Of a stretch of DNA of 64,000 nucleotides, positions 1 through 10,819 are shown piece by piece. Below the pieces are notes generated by a model, which was not told the origin of the DNA, made no database searches, and was given only the letters and a program-made list of their open reading frames with translations. The DNA is taken from contig JAYNQN010000001.1 of the NCBI GenBank assembly GCA_038114285.1, positions 120,454 to 184,453 of the forward strand. Direction: 5' to 3'. This DNA comes from Gammaproteobacteria bacterium (lineage in GTDB: Bacteria; Pseudomonadota; Gammaproteobacteria; Poriferisulfidales; GCA-002705445). Each line of letters opens with the position of its first letter. Position 1 is the stretch's first letter. A program made the translations under genes and the position numbers.

Positions 1-205
1 AGACTTCTAGAACCCCAGGAATATTTTTAAGTTCTTTGCTAGCATTTATAATTTTATTTATTCTCATTTCATTTCTGTACGTCTTGAGCCATATTAATAC
101 TACATGATATACCGGCTCTTCATTCTTAAACTCTTCCGCATATGAAAAAGAGCTTATAATTCCAAAAATAAGCAGAGTAACTATATAATTTTTTAGTGTT
201 TTCAT
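1..205 (-). CDS. Partial CDS (5' end only; continues beyond the window start): secreted stress-responsive alpha/beta-barrel (Dabb)-like protein
   Basis: The reverse complement of 1-205 begins ATG AAA ACA CTA and gives MKTLKNYIVTLLIFGIISSFSYAEEFKNEEPVYHVVLIWLK...NIPGVLEV. This has a signal-peptide-like N-terminus and a pattern resembling the Dabb family. It is not in the ORF track because it is truncated by the window edge. Confidence 0.35.
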   Translation of the reverse strand, partial: MKTLKNYIVTLLIFGIISSFSYAEEFKNEEPVYHVVLIWLKTYRNEMRINKIINASKELKNIPGVLEV

Positions 206-278
206 AAATATTTTATAATTTAATTAATACTATTATGCATCATTATTATATAAATGTTATATTAACATTATTTTAAAA

Positions 279-355
<77 letters not shown>

Positions 356-381
356 TTAATTTTATATGATTAGATATTAGA

Positions 382-2280
382 ATGCCAAAAATTACGTTAC
401 CAGATGGGTCTAAAAAAGAAGTACCTAATAACACAACTTTGTATGATATTGCTAAAGATATAAGCAACTCTTTGGTAAAAGTTGCGGTTGCAGGAAAAAT
501 TAATGGACAATTAAAAGATTTATCAGTGACTGTTGAAGATGATTGTAGCGTTGAAATAATTAAAAAAAGTGATGCAGAAGGAATTGAGATAGTTAGACAT
601 TCATTTGCACATCTTATTGGCCATGCTATAAAACAACTTTATCCTGATGCAAAAATGGCAATAGGGCCAGTGATAAAAAATGGTTTTTATTATGATATAG
701 ATTGTGATAAGTCTTTTAATGAAGATGAATTAATTTTAATTGAAAATAAAATTAAAGATCTTATTAAAAAAAATTATGAAGTAATAAAAAAAGTTGTTAC
801 ACGTCAAGAAGCCTTAAAAGTTTTTTCTGATAGAAATGAGCCATATAAACAAGAAATTGTTCAAGAAATTCCTAAGGGAGAGGAAATAGCTTTGTATTTT
901 CATCAGGAATATATAGATATGTGTCGAGGGCCACACGTTCCAAATACAAAATTTTTAAAACACTTTAAACTAACAAAAGTTTCTGGCGCGTACTGGAGAG
1001 GAAACTCAAATAATAAAATGCTTCAAAGAATATATGGTACTGCATGGGACAAAAAAGAAGAGCTAGAAGATTATATACAAAAAATGGAAGATGCTGAAAA
1101 AAGGGATCATAGAAAAATTGGAAAGCAGCAAGATTTATTTCATTTTCAAGAAGAAGCTCCTGGCATGGTCTTTTGGCATCATAAAGGATGGACCATATAT
1201 CAACTATTAAAAAGCTTTATGAGAAAAATTAACTTTGAATCTGGATACAAAGAAATAAATACACCACAGATTTTAGATAGATCACTGTGGGAAAAGTCAG
1301 GCCATTGGGATAAGTTTGGTGATATGATTTTTACTACTCACTCAGAAAAAAGAGATTATGCTGTTAAGCCTATGAGTTGCCCAGGGCATTTACAAGTATT
1401 TAACCAAGGTTTAAAAAGTCATAGAGATTTGCCATTTAAACTATGTGAATTTGGCCTTGTTCACAGAAATGAGCCTTCTGGAACTCTTCATGGCCTGATG
1501 AGAGCTAGACAATTTGTCCAAGATGATGCACATATTTTTTGTACTGAATCACAACTTCATGATGAAATTACAAAATTAATAAAATTAACTTTTAAAGTTT
1601 ACAATAACCTTGGGTTTGAAAATATAAAAGTAGCACTATCAACTAGACCTGATAAAAAAGTTGGAACTGATGATATATGGAATAAATCTGAAAAAATTTT
1701 AGAAAACTCATTAAAAGAAAATGTGCCTAATTACATTACTTTACCTGGTGAAGGAGCTTTTTATGGGCCAAAAATTGAATTCACGTTGACAGACTCCTTG
1801 GGAAGAGAATGGCAATGTGGAACCGTGCAACTAGATTTTTCAATGCCTTCTGCATTATCGGCTTCATATGTTGACGAAAAAGGTGAAAAAACTACTCCAG
1901 TTATGGTTCATAGAGCGATATTAGGTTCAATGGAGCGCTTTATTGGTATTTTAATTGAACATTATGCAGGAAAATTACCATTTTGGCTTTGCCCAGAGCA
2001 AATAATAATTGTCAATATAACTGATAAACATGTAGAATTCGCTGAGAAAATCGAAAAAATTTTAAAAGATAGTGGTTTTCGATGTTCTTCAGACTTGAGA
2101 AACGAAAAGATTGGATATAAGATTCGTGAACATATTATTGCAAAGATTCCATATGTTGTAATAATTGGCGATGAAGAGGTATCATCTAATAAAATTTCAG
2201 TTAGGCAGTATGACGGCACTGAGAATAAATTGATCAGTGTTGATGATTTTATAATTAGATTGAGTAGTAAAAAAACATAA
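382..2280 (+). CDS. thrS: Threonyl-tRNA synthetase
   Basis: 632-aa ORF with an N-terminal TGS-like region, a HxxxH zinc motif region and class II aaRS core motifs. Synteny thrS-infC-rpmI-rplT supports the call. Confidence 0.95.
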   Translation: MPKITLPDGSKKEVPNNTTLYDIAKDISNSLVKVAVAGKINGQLKDLSVTVEDDCSVEIIKKSDAEGIEIVRHSFAHLIGHAIKQLYPDAKMAIGPVIKNGFYYDIDCDKSFNEDELILIENKIKDLIKKNYEVIKKVVTRQEALKVFSDRNEPYKQEIVQEIPKGEEIALYFHQEYIDMCRGPHVPNTKFLKHFKLTKVSGAYWRGNSNNKMLQRIYGTAWDKKEELEDYIQKMEDAEKRDHRKIGKQQDLFHFQEEAPGMVFWHHKGWTIYQLLKSFMRKINFESGYKEINTPQILDRSLWEKSGHWDKFGDMIFTTHSEKRDYAVKPMSCPGHLQVFNQGLKSHRDLPFKLCEFGLVHRNEPSGTLHGLMRARQFVQDDAHIFCTESQLHDEITKLIKLTFKVYNNLGFENIKVALSTRPDKKVGTDDIWNKSEKILENSLKENVPNYITLPGEGAFYGPKIEFTLTDSLGREWQCGTVQLDFSMPSALSASYVDEKGEKTTPVMVHRAILGSMERFIGILIEHYAGKLPFWLCPEQIIIVNITDKHVEFAEKIEKILKDSGFRCSSDLRNEKIGYKIREHIIAKIPYVVIIGDEEVSSNKISVRQYDGTENKLISVDDFIIRLSSKKT

Positions 2281-2308
2281 TAAATTAGTATATAATAGGA
2301 GAGTACAA

Positions 2309-2824
2309 ATTAGTTCAGACAAATATACAAGACTTAATCAGAGTATTAAAACTCCCGAAGTTAGATTAATAGGAGTAGAAGGAGAAAATCTAGGTGTTGT
2401 TAAAATAAATGACGCTTTAGAGATAGCTAAGGAAGCAGATCTTGATTTAGTAGAGGTTACACCTAATGCTAAGCCTCCAGTCTGTAAAGTCATGAATTAT
2501 GGAAAATTTAGATTTGAACAAAATAAAAAGGCACAACAAGCTAAGAAAAAACAGAAGCAGCAGCAAGTAAAAGAAATAAAGTTGAGGCCTGGTACAGAAG
2601 AAAATGATTATCAAACAAAACTTGCAAATTTAAAAAGATTTATAAGTGATGGAGATAAAGCAAAAATTACTATTAGATTTAGAGGTAGAGAACTTGCTCA
2701 TAAAGAACTGGGTATGAAACAAGTTGAGAGAATAGAAAAAGATTTGGAAGATGTTGCTGAAGTTGAGCAAAGAGCAAAATTTGAGGGTAGGCAAATAGTT
2801 ATGGTGATAGCGCCTAAAAAATGA
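2309..2824 (+). CDS. infC: Translation initiation factor IF-3, predicted to start at a non-canonical AUU codon
   Basis: The ORF-track ATG at 2492 (MNYGKFRF...) lies inside the conserved IF3 N-terminal domain. The reading frame is open from 2270 and encodes ...[55 protein letters not shown], which matches IF3. There is no ATG/GTG/TTG in frame upstream of 2492. ATT at 2309 is preceded by AGGAGAG (2297-2303) with a 7-nt spacer. E. coli infC also starts with AUU. Confidence 0.8.
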   Translation: MSSDKYTRLNQSIKTPEVRLIGVEGENLGVVKINDALEIAKEADLDLVEVTPNAKPPVCKVMNYGKFRFEQNKKAQQAKKKQKQQQVKEIKLRPGTEENDYQTKLANLKRFISDGDKAKITIRFRGRELAHKELGMKQVERIEKDLEDVAEVEQRAKFEGRQIVMVIAPKK

Positions 2825-2839
2825 ATTAAGGAAAAGTAA

Positions 2840-3037
2840 ATGCCAAAGTTAAAAACAAATAGAGGTGCAGCAAAAAGATTTAAATCTACCGCATCCGGAA
2901 AATTTAAATGCAAAAGATCGCATTTGAGACATATATTAACTAAAAAAAGCACAAAGCGTAAACGCGCATTAAGATCCGTAGATTTAGTTGAAAAAGTTGA
3001 TACACCAGCAGTAAAAAAACTGTTGCCATATATTTAA
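2840..3037 (+). CDS. rpmI: 50S ribosomal protein L35
   Basis: 65-aa basic protein [15 protein letters not shown]... in the conserved position between infC and rplT. Confidence 0.95.
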   Translation: MPKLKTNRGAAKRFKSTASGKFKCKRSHLRHILTKKSTKRKRALRSVDLVEKVDTPAVKKLLPYI

Positions 3038-3050
3038 TTTGGAGTAAGAA

Positions 3051-3410
3051 ATGTCAAGAGTAAAAAGAGGTGTAACTGCACACGCAAGACACAAAAAAGT
3101 TAAAGCAAAAGCTAAAGGATATTATGGAGCTAGAAAAAATGTGTATAGAGTAGCTACTCAGGCAGTTACTAAAGCAGGCCAGTATGCATATAGAGACAGA
3201 AAACAAAAGAAAAGGACCTTTAGATCTCTTTGGATAGTAAGGATAAACGCTGCTGCTAGGATGTATGATTTAAGTTATAGCACTCTAATTAATGGATTAA
3301 ATAAAGCAGATATTGAAATTGATAGAAAAATACTTGCAGATTTAGCAATGAATGATATTGAAACCTTTGCCGCAATAGCAAAAGAAGCGAAGTCCCAACT
3401 TGCAGCATAA
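3051..3410 (+). CDS. rplT: 50S ribosomal protein L20
   Basis: 119 aa, [16 protein letters not shown]... is typical of L20. Its stop overlaps the pheS start (ATAATG). Confidence 0.95.
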   Translation: MSRVKRGVTAHARHKKVKAKAKGYYGARKNVYRVATQAVTKAGQYAYRDRKQKKRTFRSLWIVRINAAARMYDLSYSTLINGLNKADIEIDRKILADLAMNDIETFAAIAKEAKSQLAA

Positions 3411-4429
3411 TGTCTGGCAATTCTTTAAAAAATAATTTAGCAAAAGTTTTAAAGGAAGCAACAGAGTTAATACAGAATACTAGTAATCTTTCTGATTTAG
3501 AAAAGATAAGAGTTCAGTTTCTTGGGAAAAAAAGTTTATTAATTAAACTTATGAAATCTCTTTCAAGCCTAGATCCTTCCGAAAAAGCAGCAGCTGGAAA
3601 AGATCTTAATAAAGCCAAAGTAAAAATTAATTCACTTTTAGCCAATAAAAAATCTTCCTTGGAAAATAATTCTCAAAGTAAAGATGATGACTTTGATTTA
3701 TCCATGCCTGGAAAAGCTTCATCTATTGGTAGTATTCATCCAATTACTAAAATTATGAATCTTGCTATTCAAATATTAGAATCTTTAAAATTTGAGTGTG
3801 TTGAGGGTCCTGAGATAGAAGATGATTACCATAATTTTACAGCTCTAAATATACCAGATACACACCCTGCTAGAGCTATGCATGATACTTTTTATTTGGA
3901 AAAAAGTTTACTGTTAAGAACACATACATCCTCAGTGCAAGTGAGAACAATGGATGAAAATAAGCCGCCTATAAGAATTATTGCACCTGGAAAAGTTTAC
4001 AGAAAGGATTCTGATATTACTCATACTCCAATGTTTCATCAAATAGAAGGCTTGTATGTTGATCAAAATGTTTCTTTTGCAAATTTAAAGTCTATTATAA
4101 ATATATTTTTAAAAAGTTTTTTTGAAAAAGATGATTTAAACATAAGATTTAGACCTTCATATTTTCCTTTCACGGAACCATCTGCTGAAGTTGATATAGA
4201 ATATATAGATAATAAAGGCAACAGAAGCTGGCTAGAAATACTAGGGTGTGGAATGGTCCACCCAAATGTTTTGTCAATGGCAAATATTGATTCATCCATA
4301 TATAGTGGATACGCATTTGGCCTGGGTGTTGAAAGGCTTGCAATGTTAAAATTAGGTATAACTGATCTAAGATTATTTTATGAAAATGATTTGAGATTTT
4401 TAAAACAATTTCAGAGTAGTAAGACATGA
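3410..4429 (+). CDS. pheS: Phenylalanyl-tRNA synthetase alpha subunit
   Basis: 339 aa with class II aaRS motifs (FRPSYFPFTEPS, GLGVERLAML); directly precedes pheT. Confidence 0.95.
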   Translation: MSGNSLKNNLAKVLKEATELIQNTSNLSDLEKIRVQFLGKKSLLIKLMKSLSSLDPSEKAAAGKDLNKAKVKINSLLANKKSSLENNSQSKDDDFDLSMPGKASSIGSIHPITKIMNLAIQILESLKFECVEGPEIEDDYHNFTALNIPDTHPARAMHDTFYLEKSLLLRTHTSSVQVRTMDENKPPIRIIAPGKVYRKDSDITHTPMFHQIEGLYVDQNVSFANLKSIINIFLKSFFEKDDLNIRFRPSYFPFTEPSAEVDIEYIDNKGNRSWLEILGCGMVHPNVLSMANIDSSIYSGYAFGLGVERLAMLKLGITDLRLFYENDLRFLKQFQSSKT

Positions 4430-6390
4430 AATTAACAAGAAGCTGGTTAGAAGACTATATAGAAATACCTTATAGCACTGATGAAATGTGCCATCATCTT
4501 ACAATGGCAGGGCTAGAAGTAGATGATGTTTTTGAATCAGAAAATGATTTTATTATTGATATAGATTTAACTCCAAATAGATCAGACTGCTTATCAGTTT
4601 ACGGAATTGCTAGGGAGCTAAATTGTATTAATAAAAAGTATAAATTTAAAACTAAAAAAAATAATAATAATTCAATAATAGCAAAATCAAAAAACACAGA
4701 TAAAAAATTTGAGGTAGATAAAAAAGATTTTTGCCCAAAATATGGTTATATGTATTTAGAAAATATATCATTATCTAGCAAAACGCCAAATTATATAAAA
4801 CAAAAACTTGATGATATTGGAATAAAAACTATTCACCCAGTAGTAGATATTCTAAATTACATAATGATTGATATTGGCCAGCCAATGCACGCATATGATG
4901 CCGACAAAATTGGAGATAAGATTTCTGTTAAGCACTCAAAAAATAATGAGGCATTTATAGCACTTGATGGCAATGAATATAAATTAGAAAAAAATAATCT
5001 TGTTATAGTAGATCCTGAAAAAATAATTTCCCTCGCTGGAATCATAGGTGCTGAAGATTCTTCAGTGAAAAGCACTACAAGAAATATTATTATAGAAAGC
5101 GCTTTTTTTGTGCCAGAGGGTCTGGCTAATAAAGCTAGAAAACTTAAGCTACAAACCGAGTCATCTCAAAGATATGAACGTGGAGTTGATTATAATTTGC
5201 CAGAAAAAGCTCTAGCTAAATTGCAAAGTATATTATACGAAAACAGTATTTGTGATTTTTCTGATTTTAGTGTTATAGAGGAAAAGAGCTTTATTCCTAA
5301 AAAAAAAGAAGTTGTAATAAATCATGAGATGATTAAAAAAACAATTGGAATAGACATACAAGATGAAAAAATTTCAGAAATTCTTCTATCAATTGGCTGT
5401 GAATATAATCAAAAAACCAATAGTGTTCTAAATCCAAGTTATAGATATGATCTAAATATCCATGCAGACTATGTTGAAGAAGTATCTAGAATTTATGGAT
5501 ATGAAAATATCCCAGTGACTCCTGAGAAAATTGTAGTAAATGCAAAAAAATCTTATTTGCCATACAAAGTTATAAATGAAATCAAACAGTTTCTTTATGC
5601 TAATAGTTACTCAGAATGCATTAATTATTCTTTTGTTAACGATAGTCATATGGAAAATTTAGATTGGAAAAACAAAGAATTTATTGATCATTATAAAATA
5701 CAAAACTATATGAGTTTAGAGCAAAATAAACTTAGAAGTAATCTAGTTTCATCATTGATTAATAATATTGAATACAACAATAATGTAAATTCAGAAAATT
5801 CGTTTCGTTTATACGAAATAAGTACAGTATTTGGTAAAAAAACTGAGCAGGTCCTTACTTCTGTTGTTTGTGGAAATAAAGAAGATGAAAATTGGGCATC
5901 AAAAAAACAGAAGTTTGATAAATATGATATGACAACAATTGCTGAAGAAATAGCAAAATTATTTGGTTTAAATAAGTCGGATCTAGATTATGTAATAAAA
6001 GATATGCAGTATAATAAAAAGAACTATATTACGTTTTCCTTATCAATTAGTGATCTTATTGAAAAAATAAAACATAGTGAAATAGAAATGTTTAAAAATT
6101 ATTCAAAATTACCATATATAAGAAGAGACTTATCTTTTTTAATAGACGTATCTATAACCTATGAAACCATCTTAAAAACAATAGAAAAAATTAATGTACA
6201 TTCTCTAAAAAAAATATTACTCTTTGATTTATATGAGGGAAAAAACATTCCTGAACAGAAAAAAAGTTTAGGCATGGGTTTTGTTTTTCAAGATAAAAAC
6301 AAGACTTTGACGCACGAAGATGCGGATAGATATATAGCTACAATTTTAAAAGGACTTGAAGATAAATTTAAAATTGTATTAAGAAAATAA
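4426..6390 (+). CDS. pheT: Phenylalanyl-tRNA synthetase beta subunit (short form lacking the N-terminal tRNA-binding OB domain)
   Basis: 654 aa. It has the MKLTRSWL...MAGLEVDDV start, a B3/B4 region (GQPMHAYDADKI), a B5 region and a C-terminal FDX-ACB-like region. Compared with E. coli PheT (795 aa), the ~110-aa EMAP/Myf-like tRNA-binding insertion between LEVDGV and TPNRADC is absent; here the sequence reads LEVDDVFESENDFIIDIDLTPNRSDC. Confidence 0.9.
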   Translation: MKLTRSWLEDYIEIPYSTDEMCHHLTMAGLEVDDVFESENDFIIDIDLTPNRSDCLSVYGIARELNCINKKYKFKTKKNNNNSIIAKSKNTDKKFEVDKKDFCPKYGYMYLENISLSSKTPNYIKQKLDDIGIKTIHPVVDILNYIMIDIGQPMHAYDADKIGDKISVKHSKNNEAFIALDGNEYKLEKNNLVIVDPEKIISLAGIIGAEDSSVKSTTRNIIIESAFFVPEGLANKARKLKLQTESSQRYERGVDYNLPEKALAKLQSILYENSICDFSDFSVIEEKSFIPKKKEVVINHEMIKKTIGIDIQDEKISEILLSIGCEYNQKTNSVLNPSYRYDLNIHADYVEEVSRIYGYENIPVTPEKIVVNAKKSYLPYKVINEIKQFLYANSYSECINYSFVNDSHMENLDWKNKEFIDHYKIQNYMSLEQNKLRSNLVSSLINNIEYNNNVNSENSFRLYEISTVFGKKTEQVLTSVVCGNKEDENWASKKQKFDKYDMTTIAEEIAKLFGLNKSDLDYVIKDMQYNKKNYITFSLSISDLIEKIKHSEIEMFKNYSKLPYIRRDLSFLIDVSITYETILKTIEKINVHSLKKILLFDLYEGKNIPEQKKSLGMGFVFQDKNKTLTHEDADRYIATILKGLEDKFKIVLRK

Positions 6391-6407
6391 TATTAAGGAT
6401 GTAAGAA

Positions 6408-6704
6408 ATGGCGCTCACAAAGGCAGAAATTGCTGAACAACTATACGAAGAACTTGGTTTAAATAAAAGAGAAGCAAAAGAATTTGTTGAAGTTTTTTTT
6501 GGAGAGATTTCTGAAATTTTGGTATCTGGTTTTGACGTGAAAATCTCTGGTTTTGGAAATTTTGTTTTAAGAGATAAAAGCGAAAGGCCAGGAAGAAACC
6601 CAAAAACAGGTGAAGATGTGAAAATTAGCCCAAGAAGAGTTGTTACATTTAGAGCTGGTCAAAAGTTAAAGGCAAGGGTAGAAAATAATGCAATTAGTGA
6701 CTGA
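6408..6704 (+). CDS. ihfA: Integration host factor alpha subunit
   Basis: 98 aa, [12 protein letters not shown]...[10 protein letters not shown] is an HU/IHF-family signature; located downstream of pheT. Confidence 0.9.
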   Translation: MALTKAEIAEQLYEELGLNKREAKEFVEVFFGEISEILVSGFDVKISGFGNFVLRDKSERPGRNPKTGEDVKISPRRVVTFRAGQKLKARVENNAISD

Positions 6705-7047
6705 TGGAAAAATTAGTGAATCAATACCAAGTAAAAAATATTTTACTATTGGAGAAGTTAGTGAATTGTGTGATGTAAAATCTCATGTTTTAAGGTACTG
6801 GGAACAGGAGTTTCCAATGCTTTCACCAGTGAAAAGAAGGGGAAATAGAAGGTACTATCAAAGACACGATGTGCTTATGATTAGACAAATTAGAAGTCTT
6901 TTATATGAGCAAGGATATACAATCGAGGGTGCAAGAAAAAAATTATCAGATGATGATGCAAGCAATGATAACTCTATGTCATCACAGCTTGTCCATCAAT
7001 TATTATCTGAATTAGAAGATGTCTTGAATGTTCTAAAAAAAGATTAA
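6688..7047 (+). CDS. MerR-family transcriptional regulator
   Basis: [24 protein letters not shown] forms a helix-turn-helix of MerR type. A MerR-like gene follows ihfA in many gammaproteobacteria. The ORF overlaps ihfA by 17 nt and the true start is uncertain. Confidence 0.65.
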   Translation: MQLVTDGKISESIPSKKYFTIGEVSELCDVKSHVLRYWEQEFPMLSPVKRRGNRRYYQRHDVLMIRQIRSLLYEQGYTIEGARKKLSDDDASNDNSMSSQLVHQLLSELEDVLNVLKKD

Positions 7048-7078
7048 AATACAAATAAAACTAATAGAAGAAATATAA

Positions 7079-7843
7079 ATGAATAGCATAGATTTAGAAT
7101 TTATATTGGTCTTATTAATAATTATTAGTTTTATATTAATTTTAATTTCAAAAAAAAATTTAGGGAAAAAAAGCAGTTTCTTAAAATGGATTTTTTCTCA
7201 AGCAAAATCATTTTTGCCAATACTAATTATAGTTTTATTTTTAAGGTCTTTTTTAGCGGAACCTTTTAGGATACCGTCAGGCTCAATGCTGCCAACATTA
7301 CTTATTGGCGACTATATTTTAGTTAATAAGTACAATTATGGAATACGATTGCCAATTACAAAAACAAAGATAATTAATGTTTCAGATCCAAAAAGGGGTG
7401 ATGTGGTTGTTTTTAGGTATCCAGGCAATGAAAAAATCAATTTTATAAAGAGAGTAATTGGTTTGCCGGGAGATCAAATAAGGTATGAAGATAAAAATTT
7501 ATATGTAAATAACATAAAATACGAAAAAACACTGAAAAATACTCATATGTATGAGAATGAATTTTTAAGGCCAGAACTAGATATTTTTTTGGAGAGCAAT
7601 AGTAAGAATAAATCGTATTATGTATTAAATGACAATATGAGTCCCACAAATGATGACAATTTTATTGTCCCAGAAGGAAAATACTTTGTTATGGGAGATA
7701 ATAGAGATCATAGTAGTGATAGTAGATATTGGGGTTTTGTTCCAGATAAAAATCTTGTTGGAAAAGCATTTTTAATATGGATGAATTTTGATAGCAATAA
7801 ATATAGTTTAAAATATGAAAGAATAGGAAGCTCAATAAAATAA
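7079..7843 (+). CDS. lepB: Signal peptidase I
   Basis: GSMLPTLLIGDYILVNKYNYG and GDNRDHSSDSRYWGFV are S26 peptidase boxes; an N-terminal transmembrane segment is present. Confidence 0.9.
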   Translation: MNSIDLEFILVLLIIISFILILISKKNLGKKSSFLKWIFSQAKSFLPILIIVLFLRSFLAEPFRIPSGSMLPTLLIGDYILVNKYNYGIRLPITKTKIINVSDPKRGDVVVFRYPGNEKINFIKRVIGLPGDQIRYEDKNLYVNNIKYEKTLKNTHMYENEFLRPELDIFLESNSKNKSYYVLNDNMSPTNDDNFIVPEGKYFVMGDNRDHSSDSRYWGFVPDKNLVGKAFLIWMNFDSNKYSLKYERIGSSIK

Positions 7844-7848
7844 TATAT

Positions 7849-8532
7849 ATGATGAATAAATCTGACATAGAAAAATTATTATCACATAGTGTTATAAATT
7901 CAGAAATATATAAAGATGCTTTAACTCATAGAAGTGCAAGCAATAAAAATAATGAAAGGCTAGAATTTTTTGGAGATGCAATATTAGGTTTCATAGTTGC
8001 AGAATATCTTTATGAGAATTTCCCAAATGATGATGAAGGTTCTTTAAGCAGAAAAAGATCATACTTAGTTCGTAAGGAGACATTGAGTAAGATAGCTAAT
8101 TTTTATAATATTGGTAATAAAGTTATACTAGGCCAAGGTGAAAGAAAATCTGGAGGAAATAGAAGAGATTCTATAATCTCAGATACACTTGAAGCATTAA
8201 TAGCAGTAGTCTATATAATAGATGGTCCAAAAGAAGCCAAATTATTTATTCACAAAATATTTGATAAATATATAACAACTCTTCCTAGTAACGATGATCT
8301 TAAAGATTCTAAAACTAAACTTCAAGAATTATTGCAATCACATAATTGTAGTTTACCCCTATATGAAACAGATGAAATAAATGTAAATAAAAAAATTACT
8401 TTTGAAACTTTATGTAAAATAGCTGAACATAACATATGTGAAAACGGGGTAGGTTTAAATAAACGAAAGTCTCAGCAACAAGCAGCGGCAAAGGCATATA
8501 AAAAAGTCCTTGAAATCTATAAAAATGAATAG
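7849..8532 (+). CDS. rnc: Ribonuclease III
   Basis: Carries the ERLEFFGDAILG RNase III signature and a C-terminal dsRBD; lepB-rnc-era synteny. Confidence 0.95.
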   Translation: MMNKSDIEKLLSHSVINSEIYKDALTHRSASNKNNERLEFFGDAILGFIVAEYLYENFPNDDEGSLSRKRSYLVRKETLSKIANFYNIGNKVILGQGERKSGGNRRDSIISDTLEALIAVVYIIDGPKEAKLFIHKIFDKYITTLPSNDDLKDSKTKLQELLQSHNCSLPLYETDEINVNKKITFETLCKIAEHNICENGVGLNKRKSQQQAAAKAYKKVLEIYKNE

Positions 8533-9403
8533 TGGAAATATATCAATCATAGGCAAACCGAACGTTGGAAAATCGACTTTATTTAATCTATTAATTAGTA
8601 AGCATTTAGCAGGCGCAACAAGAAAACCTCAAACAACACGTCACAAAATAGACGGTGTACTTCATGAAAATAATACGGAATATATATTTGTTGACACACC
8701 TGGTATAAATTTTAATATTAGAAAAGATTTTAATAGAATTCTAAATAAAAATGCATTAACAGCAATGCATGAAGCTGATGTAATATTACACATAATTAAT
8801 TATAATAAAATTGACGAAGATGATTATAAAGTTATAGAAAATATTAAGAATATTAGTTCTTCAAAAATCCTTGTATTAAATAAGATTGATTTAGATAAAA
8901 ATAAAAATAAACTCCCAACAATTCTTACAAAAATACCAAATGAAATAGTTGGTATATATGATGAAATAATACCAATAAGTTCAAAAAAATCTGAAAATAT
9001 TACTAAACTAAAAAAAATAATAAAAAAATACTTACCGGATAATAGATCAAAAAAATTTAATGGAATAATAAGTACAAAACCTAGCGAGTTTTTTGTTGCT
9101 GAATATGTTCGTGAGGCATGCATAAAATATTTATCTGTCGAAGTACCTTATTCTTTACATGTTGAAATTAACAAATTTGAGGATGAAGAGAATTTAATTT
9201 CTGTAGCTGCAACTATTTTTTTGAAAAAAAATAGTCATTTAAGTATTGTAATTGGAAAAAATGGGTCTATGTTGGTTAAGATTAGCAAGTTTGCACGAAT
9301 TAATTCCGAAAAATTATTTAATAAAAAAGTTTATTTAAAAATTTTTGTTAAATATGATCCAAGGTGGAAAAATTCAGAAAGTTTTTTAAATTCATACAAA
9401 TAA
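8510..9403 (+). CDS. era: GTPase Era
   Basis: Has the G1 motif GKPNVGKST, DTPG, NKID and a C-terminal KH domain; overlaps rnc by 23 nt. Confidence 0.9.
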   Translation: MKSIKMNSGNISIIGKPNVGKSTLFNLLISKHLAGATRKPQTTRHKIDGVLHENNTEYIFVDTPGINFNIRKDFNRILNKNALTAMHEADVILHIINYNKIDEDDYKVIENIKNISSSKILVLNKIDLDKNKNKLPTILTKIPNEIVGIYDEIIPISSKKSENITKLKKIIKKYLPDNRSKKFNGIISTKPSEFFVAEYVREACIKYLSVEVPYSLHVEINKFEDEENLISVAATIFLKKNSHLSIVIGKNGSMLVKISKFARINSEKLFNKKVYLKIFVKYDPRWKNSESFLNSYK

Positions 9404-9404
9404 T

Positions 9405-10085
9405 ATGGTTACATCAAATATTTATATTTTTAAGGCAACCCCATACAGAGAATCAAGTAGTATGTATCAAGCTGTAGCAAAAGGTCATGGAAAAATTACT
9501 TTAATTCATAAAGGTATAAAAACAAATAATAAAAGAAATCCTTTAGAGCTTTTTACTCCATATAAAGTAAACTGGTCCGGAAGAGGAAATATAAAATTTC
9601 TTAGGGAATCAGAGAGCATAGAAATAATAAATTTGTCTAATAGCCAGAATATTATTGGGATGTATTATAATGAGCTAATGTTTTATCTCACAACAAATGA
9701 TTATCATGTGGAAGGATTGTACGAACATTACGATATTTCCTTGAGGAGACTTGTGAAGTCAAAACAATTATTAAAGGAAATAAATAATTATGAAATCGGT
9801 CTTTTAATTTTGACAGGCCATTATTTAATTTTTGATACAGATAGTAATGATAATGCAATTGATATAAATAAAAAATATTCTTATATACCTGATTTTGGAC
9901 CAAAAATTAGTACTAATTTCGGTGAGTCGTATCATGGAGAAACTTTGCTGGCTATGTCTGGTAATTTACCCTATACAGAGTTAACTTTAAAGGAATCTAG
10001 GGTATTAATGAAAAGATTAATAGATTATTATATACAACCAAAAAATATTAAAACAAGAGAAATTCTTAAGTATATTTCTTTGTAA
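9405..10085 (+). CDS. recO: DNA repair protein RecO
   Basis: 226 aa located immediately after era, as in the conserved era-recO-pdxJ-acpS order, with an N-terminal OB-like region. Sequence similarity alone is weak. Confidence 0.7.
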   Translation: MVTSNIYIFKATPYRESSSMYQAVAKGHGKITLIHKGIKTNNKRNPLELFTPYKVNWSGRGNIKFLRESESIEIINLSNSQNIIGMYYNELMFYLTTNDYHVEGLYEHYDISLRRLVKSKQLLKEINNYEIGLLILTGHYLIFDTDSNDNAIDINKKYSYIPDFGPKISTNFGESYHGETLLAMSGNLPYTELTLKESRVLMKRLIDYYIQPKNIKTREILKYISL

Positions 10086-10100
10086 AAATTAGGCGGAATT

Positions 10101-10817
10101 ATGGTAAAACTTGGTGTGAATTTAGATCATGTAGCTACAATCAGGCAGCAGAGATACACCCCATATCCAGATATGCTTAACGCAATAAAAATTTCTGAAA
10201 GTAGTGGTGCAGATAGTATTACAATGCATTTGAGAGAAGATAGAAGACATATTCAGCTAGAGGATATTAAAGTAGCTAGGAAGCATATAAAAACGAAATT
10301 AAATTTGGAAATGGCACCAACTTTAGAAATGTGTGAGATTGCAAATCAGATTAAACCTGATTTTGTATGTATAGTCCCAGAAAAAAGGCAAGAACTCACG
10401 ACAGAAGGTGGGCTAGATGTTAAAAAAAATTACGATTTGTTAAAAATAGTTATTAAGGAACTAGAAAAATCTAATGCATTAGTTTCTTTGTTTATTGAGC
10501 CAGATATAGAAGTTATTGATGCGGCTAAAGAATTAAATGCAGGTGCGATTGAACTTCATACTGGGAAGTATGCAGAAGCTGATAATAGTGAAAAACAACA
10601 GTATATAAAACAAATTAGTAATGCTTCTGAATATGCAGATAAGTTGTCTCTCATTGTAAATGCTGGACATGGGCTTGATTATACTAATGTTAAAGAAATT
10701 GCTAAAATAAATCATATTAACGAGTTAAACATAGGTCATTCAATAATAGCTGAATCAATATTTCTTGGATTAGCTGAGGCAATTAAGAAAATGAAAAATT
10801 TAATTAAAAGAGCATAG
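10101..10817 (+). CDS. pdxJ: Pyridoxine 5'-phosphate synthase
   Basis: LGVNLDHVATIRQQR and HLREDRRHI are diagnostic PdxJ motifs. Confidence 0.95.
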   Translation: MVKLGVNLDHVATIRQQRYTPYPDMLNAIKISESSGADSITMHLREDRRHIQLEDIKVARKHIKTKLNLEMAPTLEMCEIANQIKPDFVCIVPEKRQELTTEGGLDVKKNYDLLKIVIKELEKSNALVSLFIEPDIEVIDAAKELNAGAIELHTGKYAEADNSEKQQYIKQISNASEYADKLSLIVNAGHGLDYTNVKEIAKINHINELNIGHSIIAESIFLGLAEAIKKMKNLIKRA

Positions 10818-10819
10818 TC

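Noticed and set aside
1962-2219. Many short minus-strand ORFs from the six-frame track lying inside large + strand genes (e.g. 1962-2219, 2698-2952, 4063-4427, 11181-11543, 25507-25767, 55395-55886, 62386-62760), and + strand ORFs inside minus genes (15026-15250, 15792-15989, 16211-16420, 32759-33146, 33263-33472)
   Set aside because: They are antisense or out-of-frame with well-supported conserved genes. They are low-complexity and hydrophobic, as expected from AT-rich antisense sequence, and have no ribosome-binding site or synteny support. I treat them as spurious.
6688-7047. MerR-like regulator, considered as part of a metal-resistance or mobile cassette
   Set aside because: It is in the conserved position downstream of ihfA seen in other gammaproteobacteria, has no C-terminal metal-binding Cys cluster, and no resistance genes follow. 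It is a housekeeping regulator.
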